The notes below the pieces were generated by a model that had not been told where the DNA came from, searched no databases, and was given only the letters and a program-made list of their open reading frames with translations. A DNA stretch of 64,000 bases, taken from positions 64,001 to 128,000 of the forward strand of contig CAVVYR010000008.1 in the NCBI GenBank assembly GCA_963752475.1. The letters are read 5' to 3'. A program made the translations under genes and the position numbers. This DNA is from an uncultured Chloroflexia bacterium. GTDB taxonomy: Bacteria > Chloroflexota > Limnocylindria > Limnocylindrales > CSP1-4. Shown here one piece after another: positions 27,526 through 36,424 of this stretch; position 1 is the first letter of the stretch; each line of letters begins with the position of its first letter.

Positions 27526-29486
27526 AGAAGCTCGTCGACTCCGTCGGCGCCGGCGTGATGGCCCCGGCCCGAACGCCCTTGGACGCGGTACCACCGGCAC
27601 AGGTGGTCAATGCCTTCGTGGAGGCGGCTTGCCAGCGGGTCCGCGAGGGCAAGCCCCTGCGGCGCAAGCTCAGCCCGTGGGGCCGGGTCCACGTCGATCG
27701 TCCCCTGCCATTCGTAATCGTCTACCGACGACCGCTCAAGCGCCAAGACGATGGCACCGAGGCGCTCATCGTCGGCGAAGCCTCGTATGTCATCGCGGCC
27801 GGCGGGCGCCGGGCACGACCTGGCCTGGAGGCGCTCATCGAGGGCATCGCCAAGGCCCAGACCGAGAACTTCGGCTCGTTCCTGATCGTGGAGCTGTGGT
27901 CCACCACGGATTCGGAGCTGCCGTCGGATGCCAGGGCATGGTCGCCGGGCTTCCGTATCCACCAACCGCGTAGGAGCAAGCTCTCGGCCACGATCACCTC
28001 GCTCGAGAACGCCCTTGGCGAGGTCCGTGTGAAGGGCGACTTCGCGGTCGTCGAGACCGTGGGCGTGGCCAACGTGCGTCCACCAGGCCTGCCCTCGATC
28101 ATGACCGCGAGCCGGGCGGCAGCGCTGGGAGTCCATGTCATCGGGCTGGAGGTCCAGCCGGCCTTCCGCAGTCCCGGCGGGACAGAGGTCTACCCGCTGG
28201 TGCACCGGGCCCTTCACCATGGCATCTCGCGCGCCTTGAAGCGGGCTGTCTTCGACTTCACTCGTCTGCGCACGTCGCACAAGCCGCCCAACTACCATGC
28301 GCTCGGACGTCACAGCGTGGTCAAGGCTGTGTGGGACGTGGACCGCCGCTTGGCCCAAGTCAGCAGTGCCTTCGACTTCATCCTGCAGGTGACCCCGACC
28401 AACGCCGATGCTGCCTGGGCGGAGTTCCGTCGCCGACGCTTCGAGGTGCCCCCCGAGTTCACTTCGCGACCCCTGAAGCTGGACACCGCGCTGGCCAAGC
28501 GAGAGCTATTCAGGATCCCCATCGAACGCGTCGAGGATCCAACGCTGGCCCAGCTCTTCCGCGCACAGCAGACGTCGCTCGACCGCAAGCTCACCATGCT
28601 GGGGGATCGCGGGCGGCCCGAGTTCCTCTACGGCAGCCTGCAGGTCTTCGGTGGCGTCGACGAGCCGTTGCTTAACCTTGCGTACGAGGTGCTCAACCGG
28701 GTTCCGTCACGCACGCGAGGTGAGTCAAGCAAGGGGGCCGCCGACGCCAGAACTCTGGCCGCCCTGGCCACTAAGGAACTTGAACACTACCGGGCCCAGT
28801 ATCCGGAGCTGGTGAGTGGCGTCGACATTCGCAAGGACGTCGTAGGTGCCATGGTCTCGCGCGGCCGCCTGCTCGTGGGAGCGCGCATCAGGGTTCCCGT
28901 CAGCCGTCTCGAGGCGCTGTTGACACACGAGGTCGGCACCCATGTCGTGACGTACGTCAACGGCAAGGCCCAGCCCTTCCGCCAGCTGGCCATCGGCCTG
29001 CCGGAGTACGACGAACTCCAGGAGGGCCTGGCGGTCTTCTCCGAGTACCTGGTGGGGGGCTTCAGCCGCCCACGGGTACGACTCCTCGCAGCACGTGTGC
29101 TGGCGGTCCGGCGCATGCTGGATGGAGCCGACTTCGTGGAGGTCTTTCGGGAGCTCGACCGGGCGCACGACTTCGAGCAGCGCACGGCGTTCGGCGTGAC
29201 CATGCGGGTGTTCCGCGGGGGCGGGCTGACCAAGGATGTGGTCTATCTGCGGGGCCTGGTGGGTCTGCTGGCCTACCTGCGCGAAGGCGGGTCGCTCGAC
29301 ACGCTACTGATCGGGAAGCTCGGTCTCGCAGATGTGCCCATCATCGAGGAGCTACAGTGGCGCAAGATCCTGCGGCCGCCGCCGCTTCGGCCCCGACACC
29401 TTGACGACCCCGAACCCCAAGCACGATTGCAGGCAGCCCGACAAGGAGTGACAGTTCTGGACCTCGTCAAGAAAGGACGAAGATGA
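27522..29486 (+). CDS. QEGLA-motif (DUF1704 / MATCAP-like) metallopeptidase
   Basis: HEVGTH (HExxxH), LQEGLAVFSEY, RVFRGGGLTKDVVYLRG. Confidence 0.9.
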   Translation: MKKLVDSVGAGVMAPARTPLDAVPPAQVVNAFVEAACQRVREGKPLRRKLSPWGRVHVDRPLPFVIVYRRPLKRQDDGTEALIVGEASYVIAAGGRRARPGLEALIEGIAKAQTENFGSFLIVELWSTTDSELPSDARAWSPGFRIHQPRRSKLSATITSLENALGEVRVKGDFAVVETVGVANVRPPGLPSIMTASRAAALGVHVIGLEVQPAFRSPGGTEVYPLVHRALHHGISRALKRAVFDFTRLRTSHKPPNYHALGRHSVVKAVWDVDRRLAQVSSAFDFILQVTPTNADAAWAEFRRRRFEVPPEFTSRPLKLDTALAKRELFRIPIERVEDPTLAQLFRAQQTSLDRKLTMLGDRGRPEFLYGSLQVFGGVDEPLLNLAYEVLNRVPSRTRGESSKGAADARTLAALATKELEHYRAQYPELVSGVDIRKDVVGAMVSRGRLLVGARIRVPVSRLEALLTHEVGTHVVTYVNGKAQPFRQLAIGLPEYDELQEGLAVFSEYLVGGFSRPRVRLLAARVLAVRRMLDGADFVEVFRELDRAHDFEQRTAFGVTMRVFRGGGLTKDVVYLRGLVGLLAYLREGGSLDTLLIGKLGLADVPIIEELQWRKILRPPPLRPRHLDDPEPQARLQAARQGVTVLDLVKKGRR

Positions 29487-30529
29487 AGATCGGTTTCATG
29501 GTCAATGACATCGCCACGGAAGAGCCGGGCTACACCACCAGTCGGCTCGCGATGGCCGCCATCAACCGCGGCCACGAAGCCTGGGTCATCGGTGCAGGCG
29601 ACTTCGCCTACGACAGCGACGAGACCATCAAGGCTCGAGCGACAGCAGCACCGAAGAAGGCCTACAAGTCCTCCGACACGTATGTCTCCGACCTGAAGGG
29701 TCGCAAGGCCAAGCAGGAGCGCGTCAGCGTCGACGAACTCGACGTTCTCATGCTGCGCAATGATCCCTCCGCGGACTTGGGCCACCGGGCGTGGGCTCAG
29801 TCGTCGGGCATCATCTTCGGTCGCGTGGCGATGCGCGGTGGTCTCATCGTGCTCAACGATCCCAACGGCCTGGCCAAGGCCATGAACAAGATGTACTTCC
29901 AGTTCTATCCGGAGGAGGTCCGTCCGCGCACGATCATCACGCGCTCACGCGATGAGATCAAGGCCTTCTGGAAAGAGGAAGGTGGGCAGATCGTCCTCAA
30001 GCCGCTGCAGGGCTCGGGCGGTTCTGGCGTCTTCCTCGTGCGCAAGGACGACGGGTCCAACCTGAACCAGATGGTCGACGCGGTCAGCCGTGATGGCTAC
30101 GTGATCGCCCAGGAGTACCTACCAGCGGCCGAGGAAGGCGACACCCGCCTGTTCCTCATGAACGGCCAGCCCTTGCGCTATCGCGGCAAGTACGCAGCCT
30201 TCCGTCGCGTCCGCTCAGGCGACGACATGCGCAGCAACATCCATGCCGGCGGCAAGCTGCGCGAGGCGGTCATCACCGACGCACACCTGCGGATCGCGGA
30301 GATCGTACGACCAAAGGTCGTTCAGGACGGCATGTTCCTGGTCGGGCTAGACATCGTGGGTGACAAACTCATGGAGATCAACGTCTTCAGCCCCGGAGGT
30401 CTGGGCAGCGCGCAGCGCTACGAGAAGGTCAACTTCGCCCATGCGGTAATCGAGGCACTCGAGCGGAAGGTCGACTACATGAGCTTCTACCGCCGCAACT
30501 TCGACAACGTGGACATGGCCACCCTCTAG
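29483..30529 (+). CDS. gshB: Glutathione synthetase-like ATP-grasp ligase
   Basis: LMLRNDP, VLKPLQGSGG, AQEYLP, GDTRLFL, RSNIHAGG, VGLDIVGDKLMEINVFSPGG. Confidence 0.85.
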   Translation: MKIGFMVNDIATEEPGYTTSRLAMAAINRGHEAWVIGAGDFAYDSDETIKARATAAPKKAYKSSDTYVSDLKGRKAKQERVSVDELDVLMLRNDPSADLGHRAWAQSSGIIFGRVAMRGGLIVLNDPNGLAKAMNKMYFQFYPEEVRPRTIITRSRDEIKAFWKEEGGQIVLKPLQGSGGSGVFLVRKDDGSNLNQMVDAVSRDGYVIAQEYLPAAEEGDTRLFLMNGQPLRYRGKYAAFRRVRSGDDMRSNIHAGGKLREAVITDAHLRIAEIVRPKVVQDGMFLVGLDIVGDKLMEINVFSPGGLGSAQRYEKVNFAHAVIEALERKVDYMSFYRRNFDNVDMATL

Positions 30530-30748
30530 ACCATGCAGCCTGGGGCCTGCTTCGCCAGCTTCCGGGCAGGCACAGGGGAGCCACCGGAGGCGTAGGCCCC
30601 CGCCACTTCTCGGGACTGAAGACCGTGGCGGGAAGGCTGGCGCAACAATAGACACACAGGAACCGGACGGTCTACAGCCCTGTACGATGAAGGGTCAAGC
30701 GGAGAGTGGGTGCGTGCAACCGTGCCCGACGCAGGAGTAGCACGACGA

Positions 30749-32986
30749 GTGACGGACACCACGATGGTGACCCTGGCGCAGGCTGGGGACTCGCACGGAA
30801 CCAAGGCGGCCAACCTGGCCTGGCTCATCGAGCACGGCTATCGCGTGCCGCCCGGCGTCGTGGCTCGCTCGTCCGGGGTCAGCGACCTGGTCGGATGGAC
30901 CCGGCCCGGACAGGCCTACGCGGTCCGCTCCTCCAGCTCCGTCGAGGACGGGTCGGACTTCAGTTTCGCGGGACAGTTCAGCTCGGTCTTGGGCGTCGAG
31001 GGCCCCGACGCCATCCGTGCCGCCGTCGAACGGGTCGAGGAGTCCGCCCATGACGAACGGCTCCTCCCGTACCTCGAGCACGCCGGTGTCGCGCCCGATG
31101 CGGTGCGGATGCACGTCATCGTGCAGGAGATGGTGCCGGCGGTCGCTGGCGGCGTCGGCTTCAGCCGCAACCCGCTCACGGGCTTGACGGACGTGCTCAT
31201 CGAGGCCGTGGCGGGCACGGGCGATGCCCTCGTCTCCGGGCAGCAGACACCGGAGCGCTGGGTCCGCCACTGGGGGGAGTGGACCCAGCGACCAGACGAT
31301 CCCGTCCTGACGCCGGCGGCGGCCGACGAACTGGCCGAAGGCGTCGAGTCGATCGCGGAAGCGTGGGGAGCGCCGGTCGACGTGGAATGGGCCTGGGACG
31401 GCAAGTCCATCTCCTGGCTTCAGGTCCGGCCCATGACTGACACGGACGTCCCGGTCTACTCCGCTCGGTTGTCCAAGGAGTTCCTGCCGGGCATGATCCC
31501 GCCCCTCGTGTGGTCGTTCAACGTGCCCATCGTCAACAGCGCCTGGCTCGACCTGTTCACCTCGGTCGTGGGCCCGCTCGACCTTGAGCCAGAGGACCTG
31601 TCCCGGCAGTTCGCCTATCGCGCGTACTTCAACATGGGCGCGGTCGGTGACATCTTCGAGGCCATGAGCATGCCCCGAGACCTGCTGGAAGTGCTAGCCG
31701 GCATCGAAGGCGGTGAGGACCGGCCCACCTTCCGCCCCAGCCTGGGTGTCGTGCGCCACCTCCCGCGCATGAGCCGCGTCGGCTGGCGCATGGCCCGCTA
31801 CCACCATGAGCTGGACCGGCTCATCCCTCGAGTCCAGGACGAGATGGACCGACTCGCCGCCCGCGATCTGCGCTCGATGTCCGACAACGGCCTCGTAGGC
31901 CATCTCGCGGACCTATCGGCCATGGTCCGGCGTGTCGCGGCGGCCAACATCCTGGCGCCGCTCCTGTTCAATGCCTACAGCTCGGTCCTGCGGCGGCGGT
32001 TGGCCAAGCGTGGCATCGATGCCGAGGCCATCGACATGGGGGCTGGGCGGCCGGGCCTCGACGCGTTCGACCCCACACCGCATCTGCGGCGGATGGCGCC
32101 CCGCATGGCCGAGCTCGACGAGGATGCGCGCGAACGGATCCGTGGCGGCGAGGTCCGGCTGGTCCCAGGCATGGACGACTTCCTGGCACGCTTCGGACAC
32201 GTCTCGGATTCGGGGAACGACTTCTCCCACGTGCCCTGGCAGGAGGACCCCTCCCCGCTCGTGGCACTGCTCGAAGGGTTCGCCCCAGAAGGCATTGCCA
32301 CAGAGTCGGCCAGGCTGCCCGAAGATCTCTCCCGCCTGGAGCGCAGCCTGTCGGCACGCACCTCGCGCTACCGGCTGGAGCGCGAGCGTGTCTCTTACAC
32401 CTACACCCGCAGCTACGGCCTCTTCCGCCCCGCCGTCCTCGAGATCGCTCGTCGGCTCGTCGAGCGGGACACGCTGGACGATGCCGAGCAGGTCTTCTGC
32501 CTGACGCGCGCGGAGATGGAAGCCGGACTGCTGGGGGAGCGGACGGGCCTGCGAGACCTGGCCGAGGTGCGACGGGCGGACATGGAGCGGGTGGCCGATG
32601 TCGACATGCCCGAGGTCATCTTCGGCGACGAGTTCGAGCCGGCGCCTCCGGTCGATCCAGATCACCAACTGCTGGGTACCCCCAGCTCGCGCGGCGTGGC
32701 CCGCGCCACGGCCCGTGTCATCCGTGGCATCGACGAGGCCGATCGGGTAGCACCCGGCGACATCGTGGTCATCCCCTATTCCGATGTCGGCTGGACGCCA
32801 TTGCTGGCCAGGGCTGGCGGCATCGTGGCCGAGTCGGGTGGACTGCTGTCTCACTCGTCCATCGTCGCCCGTGAGTTGGGCATCCCCTGTGTCGTCAGCG
32901 TCCCGGGCGCGATGCGCGTGCCGGACGGCTCGGCAGTGCGAGTCGACGGCTTCACCGGCGAGGTCCAGTGGGAACCGGCCGCCTGA
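30749..32986 (+). CDS. PEP-utilizing dikinase of rifampin-phosphotransferase-like architecture (ATP-grasp, central domain, phospho-His swivel)
   Basis: GTKAANL, AVRSSSSVEDG..SFAGQF, VQEMV, DVEWA, LQVRP; C-terminal GGLLSHSSIVARELGIP; no PEP-binding barrel; start may be 30710. Confidence 0.85.
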   Translation: MTDTTMVTLAQAGDSHGTKAANLAWLIEHGYRVPPGVVARSSGVSDLVGWTRPGQAYAVRSSSSVEDGSDFSFAGQFSSVLGVEGPDAIRAAVERVEESAHDERLLPYLEHAGVAPDAVRMHVIVQEMVPAVAGGVGFSRNPLTGLTDVLIEAVAGTGDALVSGQQTPERWVRHWGEWTQRPDDPVLTPAAADELAEGVESIAEAWGAPVDVEWAWDGKSISWLQVRPMTDTDVPVYSARLSKEFLPGMIPPLVWSFNVPIVNSAWLDLFTSVVGPLDLEPEDLSRQFAYRAYFNMGAVGDIFEAMSMPRDLLEVLAGIEGGEDRPTFRPSLGVVRHLPRMSRVGWRMARYHHELDRLIPRVQDEMDRLAARDLRSMSDNGLVGHLADLSAMVRRVAAANILAPLLFNAYSSVLRRRLAKRGIDAEAIDMGAGRPGLDAFDPTPHLRRMAPRMAELDEDARERIRGGEVRLVPGMDDFLARFGHVSDSGNDFSHVPWQEDPSPLVALLEGFAPEGIATESARLPEDLSRLERSLSARTSRYRLERERVSYTYTRSYGLFRPAVLEIARRLVERDTLDDAEQVFCLTRAEMEAGLLGERTGLRDLAEVRRADMERVADVDMPEVIFGDEFEPAPPVDPDHQLLGTPSSRGVARATARVIRGIDEADRVAPGDIVVIPYSDVGWTPLLARAGGIVAESGGLLSHSSIVARELGIPCVVSVPGAMRVPDGSAVRVDGFTGEVQWEPAA

Positions 32987-33023
32987 GCCGTCGCCGCCCA
33001 GGACTACGCCAAGGTCCAGGTCT

Positions 33024-33821
33024 TCAGCGGCCGTCGGCCTCCAGCGCCTCGAGCATGTCGTCCTCGTCCATGTAGTCGTAGTGGACCAGGCCTCGCTTCC
33101 GCAGCCACTTGTGGACGTACCCGATGTGGTTGGACTCGAAGGCCTCGTGGAACTCCCGTGTCTCGAACTCGCCGGCGTGCTTGTGGCGAGCCATGGACAC
33201 CATCTCCGGCACCGAAGCTGCCCAGCGCACGAGGTTCACCGCCAGCGTCCAGGCTGCCAGGTCGCGCTTGCCCCGGGCCAGGAAGTAGAGCGTGAGCACG
33301 CCCGTCCAGGCGTGGGCGCCCAGCAACGGGTCACGCATCACGTAGATGCCCACGACCTGGCTGACGGCGACGCTCACCGGGACCGACGCAGGATCCAGGG
33401 CGAAGGCCGTGCCGGTCAGGATGGCCTCGGCACGACCGCCGCGGAAGCGGTGCTGCACCGGCAGCATCTGGCCCACGGCCACGGCGGTGGCCCAGACGAT
33501 GTCCTCGTGGGTGTCGGGATACGCCCGGCGCAGGACGAGCACGGGCACGACGGCCTTGCCCATGTCGAGCAGCGCCGCCGCCGCGCCGAGGGCAGGGCTG
33601 GTAGTGACCTCGACGGTCGTGGAGCCGGCGGCGTTGAAGCGGATGCGCTTGCCATCACCCCACTCCAGGTCGAAGTGGTCGGTCACCGGTTGCGTGCTGT
33701 AGCGCCGCTGGAGCAGCCGCGGCACCTGGACAGAGCCGACCGCGTAGGCCACGGCTGCCAAGGCACCGAGACGAACGTTCCTGGGTGTGATGAGCTTGGC
33801 GAAGGAAGCCATGGAGGTCAT
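33024..33821 (-). CDS. Divergent glycerol-3-phosphate acyltransferase (PlsY)-like membrane protein
   Basis: AYAVGSV, GSTT, LLDMGKA, GQMLPV..FRGGRA resemble degenerate PlsY motifs. Confidence 0.65.
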   Translation of the reverse strand: MTSMASFAKLITPRNVRLGALAAVAYAVGSVQVPRLLQRRYSTQPVTDHFDLEWGDGKRIRFNAAGSTTVEVTTSPALGAAAALLDMGKAVVPVLVLRRAYPDTHEDIVWATAVAVGQMLPVQHRFRGGRAEAILTGTAFALDPASVPVSVAVSQVVGIYVMRDPLLGAHAWTGVLTLYFLARGKRDLAAWTLAVNLVRWAASVPEMVSMARHKHAGEFETREFHEAFESNHIGYVHKWLRKRGLVHYDYMDEDDMLEALEADGR

Positions 33822-33919
33822 GTCCAAACCATACAGGGCGACGGACGATCGACCGTTGGCCCGGGTCGGGCGCCCCAAGAGCGAGTACGCTGCATGGAGG
33901 AGTGAGGAGGGCCTGTCCG

Positions 33920-34810
33920 ATGAGCGATCGAATCCTGTTCGGAATCTGCATCCCGAACTTCCGTCCGGGTACGGGGCCCGATACGATGCTGGCGGCGACC
34001 CAGACGGCCGAACGGCTGGGCTGGCACTCCGCCCTGGCCACCGACCACATCCTCGTCGATGGCGCCGAGCGCGGGAAGGACTACCGGCACATCTACGAGG
34101 CCCTCACGACCGTGGCCTGGCTGGCAGGCCAGACGACCACCATCCGTCTGGGCATGAGCGTCCTCGTCGCACCGATGCGCAACGCGCTGGTGATGGCCAA
34201 GGAGCTGGCCACGATCGACGCTCTCAGCGACGGTCGGCTCATCGCCGGGATCGGCATCGGCTGGAACCGGGTCGAGTTCGAGAGCGTCGGGGAGGGCGAG
34301 CGCTTCCGCCATCGAGGCGCGTGGCTGGAGGAGACGGTCGCGATGTGGCGCCACCTCTGGTCGGGCCAGACCGGACCGTACCGTGGCCGCTTTGATGGCT
34401 GGGACGAGGGCTATTTCGGTCCCCTTCCGCCCCAAGGCGAGGAGCTGCCCATCTGGATCGGCGCCACCGCCGAGCCGGCGCTCCGCCGCACCGGTCGCAT
34501 CGCCGACGGCTACCACTCCACCCGCACCGACCCTGAGACCATGATCGAGCACCTGCGGACCGTGCGAGAAGCTGCCGATGGCGTCGGTCGCCCGATGCCC
34601 GTGGCCTCGACACGACTGTCGGTCGACTTCAGCGGGACCCGTGAGGGGACCTCGATCATGACCGGCTCGCCGGAGCAGATGGCCGCCCGCCTCCGCGCCT
34701 ACCGCGAGGCCGGCACCGACCACGTCGCGCTCGACTTCGGCGAGGTCGACCCGGACATGGCGGCCAAGGCCATCGAGCGCTTCGACCGCGAGGTCGTACC
34801 ACAGGTCTGA
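33920..34810 (+). CDS. LLM-class (probably F420-dependent) oxidoreductase
   Basis: AERLGWHSALATDH, IRLGMSVLVAPMR, LATIDALSDGRL..GIGIGW, PIWIG. Confidence 0.88.
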   Translation: MSDRILFGICIPNFRPGTGPDTMLAATQTAERLGWHSALATDHILVDGAERGKDYRHIYEALTTVAWLAGQTTTIRLGMSVLVAPMRNALVMAKELATIDALSDGRLIAGIGIGWNRVEFESVGEGERFRHRGAWLEETVAMWRHLWSGQTGPYRGRFDGWDEGYFGPLPPQGEELPIWIGATAEPALRRTGRIADGYHSTRTDPETMIEHLRTVREAADGVGRPMPVASTRLSVDFSGTREGTSIMTGSPEQMAARLRAYREAGTDHVALDFGEVDPDMAAKAIERFDREVVPQV

Positions 34811-34870
34811 GGCCCAAGCCGCGCCCGTGGCGGCGAGCTCCGCGCCAGCGGTCGCCGCCACGTCGCTCGT

Positions 34871-34954
34871 GCCCTCGCCGTGCTGGTCAGGCGCTCGCCA
34901 TGCTGGTCGCCGAGCCCTGCCGGTCGGGCGCTCACCATGCTGGTCAGGCGCTCG
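34871..34954. repeat. Degenerate 20-bp direct repeats (gcgctcgccatgctggtcag)
   Basis: Copies at 34871, 34891, 34928 and a partial copy at 34948. Confidence 0.6.
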
Positions 34955-35327
34955 TCGCATGGTTGGTGGTTCCCAGTTGTCCGCGTGCCCTTGTGGTCAC
35001 ACGTCGCCCGAGCCGACCCTATCGGTCAGTTCCGGCCATGCCAATGGACACCTGTCGGCCGAGTCGACGCTAGACCCACGTGGCTGGTCGCATCGCCCTT
35101 CTCGGCGGCCCTCGAGCCGTTCGGGTATGCCCAGGCATGACCAGGATCGGCGGCCGATCGTCGCGCGCTGGCTGCGGTCGTGACTACGAGCTGGTCTTGG
35201 GTCGGTGGGGACGACGGGTGTCCATGAGATCGCGCCGCGGGGCTGACCATCACCAGCCCTGGCATGTGCTGGCACCGGTTGGAAAGCCGAGCTCGGGGCC
35301 GCTCCCGAACCGCCCCGGAACGGCGAG

Positions 35328-36272
35328 CTAAGGCGTCGGCGAGGGCGACGCCGACGAGCGCCTGCGCCGGAGGCTTGGAGCGAGCTGGACCAGGAACACG
35401 CCGGCTACCGCCGCCAGCAGTCCCACGACCTGCACCGGGCCCAGCGATTCATCGAGCACGAGCCAGCCGATGATCGCGATGAGGATGACGGTAAGGTCGC
35501 CGAGCGCGCTGGCCTCGACCGCTCGCAGTGTCCGTTGGGTGTGAGTCCAGATCGTATAGGTCAGCGCCGTGTTGATCACGGCCAGCCAGCCGATGAAGAG
35601 CCAGGCTCGAAGTGCGAAGTCCGGCACACCTTCAGCGATGAGTGCGACGACCAGGAGGATGACACCGCCGAAGGCCATCGACAGCGCGGTCAGGCCCAAC
35701 GGACCCCCGAACAGACGCCTGGCGTCGATGGCCAGATAGCGCCCGAGGCTGAAGCCGACCCCAGCGACGATAGGGATGCTCATGCCCGCCAGCAGCGCGA
35801 TCGTCAGGCCTACCTCCGGCAACTCGAGACCGAAGTAGGCGACCACGCCGACGATCAGGATGCCGATGCCCAGCAGCTGGACGGGACTCGCTCGTTCATG
35901 TTCGCTGCCCATCGTCAGCATCGCGGTGACGATGGGGGCCAGGCCCATGAGCAGCCCCACGGTCGCAGCCGAGAGTTCACCGAGCGCGAGGACGAATCCG
36001 ATCTGCGCCAGGCAGAACACCAGGAGTCCGTAAAGGCCGACCCCGGTCAACGACCGTCGGCCGGCGGTCCAGACCCTTGCAGCGCGCAGACGTGGCGTGG
36101 CCACGACCAACAGGATCATCCCGGCCAGGCTGAAGCGAACGCCGGCGAAACCCAGCGGCGGCAGATCCTCGTCGGTCAGGCCGATGCGAATGAGCACCAC
36201 CGATGTGGCCCACAGGAAGGTGACGACGATGCCGAGAGCGATCGCGACACGGTGACTCGGTGCCGAGCCCAT
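35328..36272 (-). CDS. DMT/EamA family transporter
   Basis: VTFLWATS, GVRFSLAG, about 10 TM helices, GWLVLDESL. Confidence 0.88.
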   Translation of the reverse strand: MGSAPSHRVAIALGIVVTFLWATSVVLIRIGLTDEDLPPLGFAGVRFSLAGMILLVVATPRLRAARVWTAGRRSLTGVGLYGLLVFCLAQIGFVLALGELSAATVGLLMGLAPIVTAMLTMGSEHERASPVQLLGIGILIVGVVAYFGLELPEVGLTIALLAGMSIPIVAGVGFSLGRYLAIDARRLFGGPLGLTALSMAFGGVILLVVALIAEGVPDFALRAWLFIGWLAVINTALTYTIWTHTQRTLRAVEASALGDLTVILIAIIGWLVLDESLGPVQVVGLLAAVAGVFLVQLAPSLRRRRSSASPSPTP

Positions 36273-36424
36273 CACGACCCGATGCCCGCCCACTCCGACT
36301 GTCGTCCCTCCACGCCTCCACAGTAGCCGCGAGCCCCGAAGCGCGCGGCCCAACGCCACGACCCTGCGCCACTAGACTCGCTCCACCACTCAGCAGCGCG
36401 TGCCTCAGGGAGGGCTAGATCCAG

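Noticed and set aside
30542-30642. HDV-like ribozyme, SRP RNA or cobalamin riboswitch
   Set aside because: The minus strand has GCC-UCC..GGC and GGCGAA, but no P1 partner or P1.1 GG. The SRP helix-8 motif and the B12 box are absent. Kept only as an unassigned structure.
34871-34954. Mini-CRISPR
   Set aside because: Repeats are 20 bp, degenerate and mostly adjacent, with no regular unique spacers
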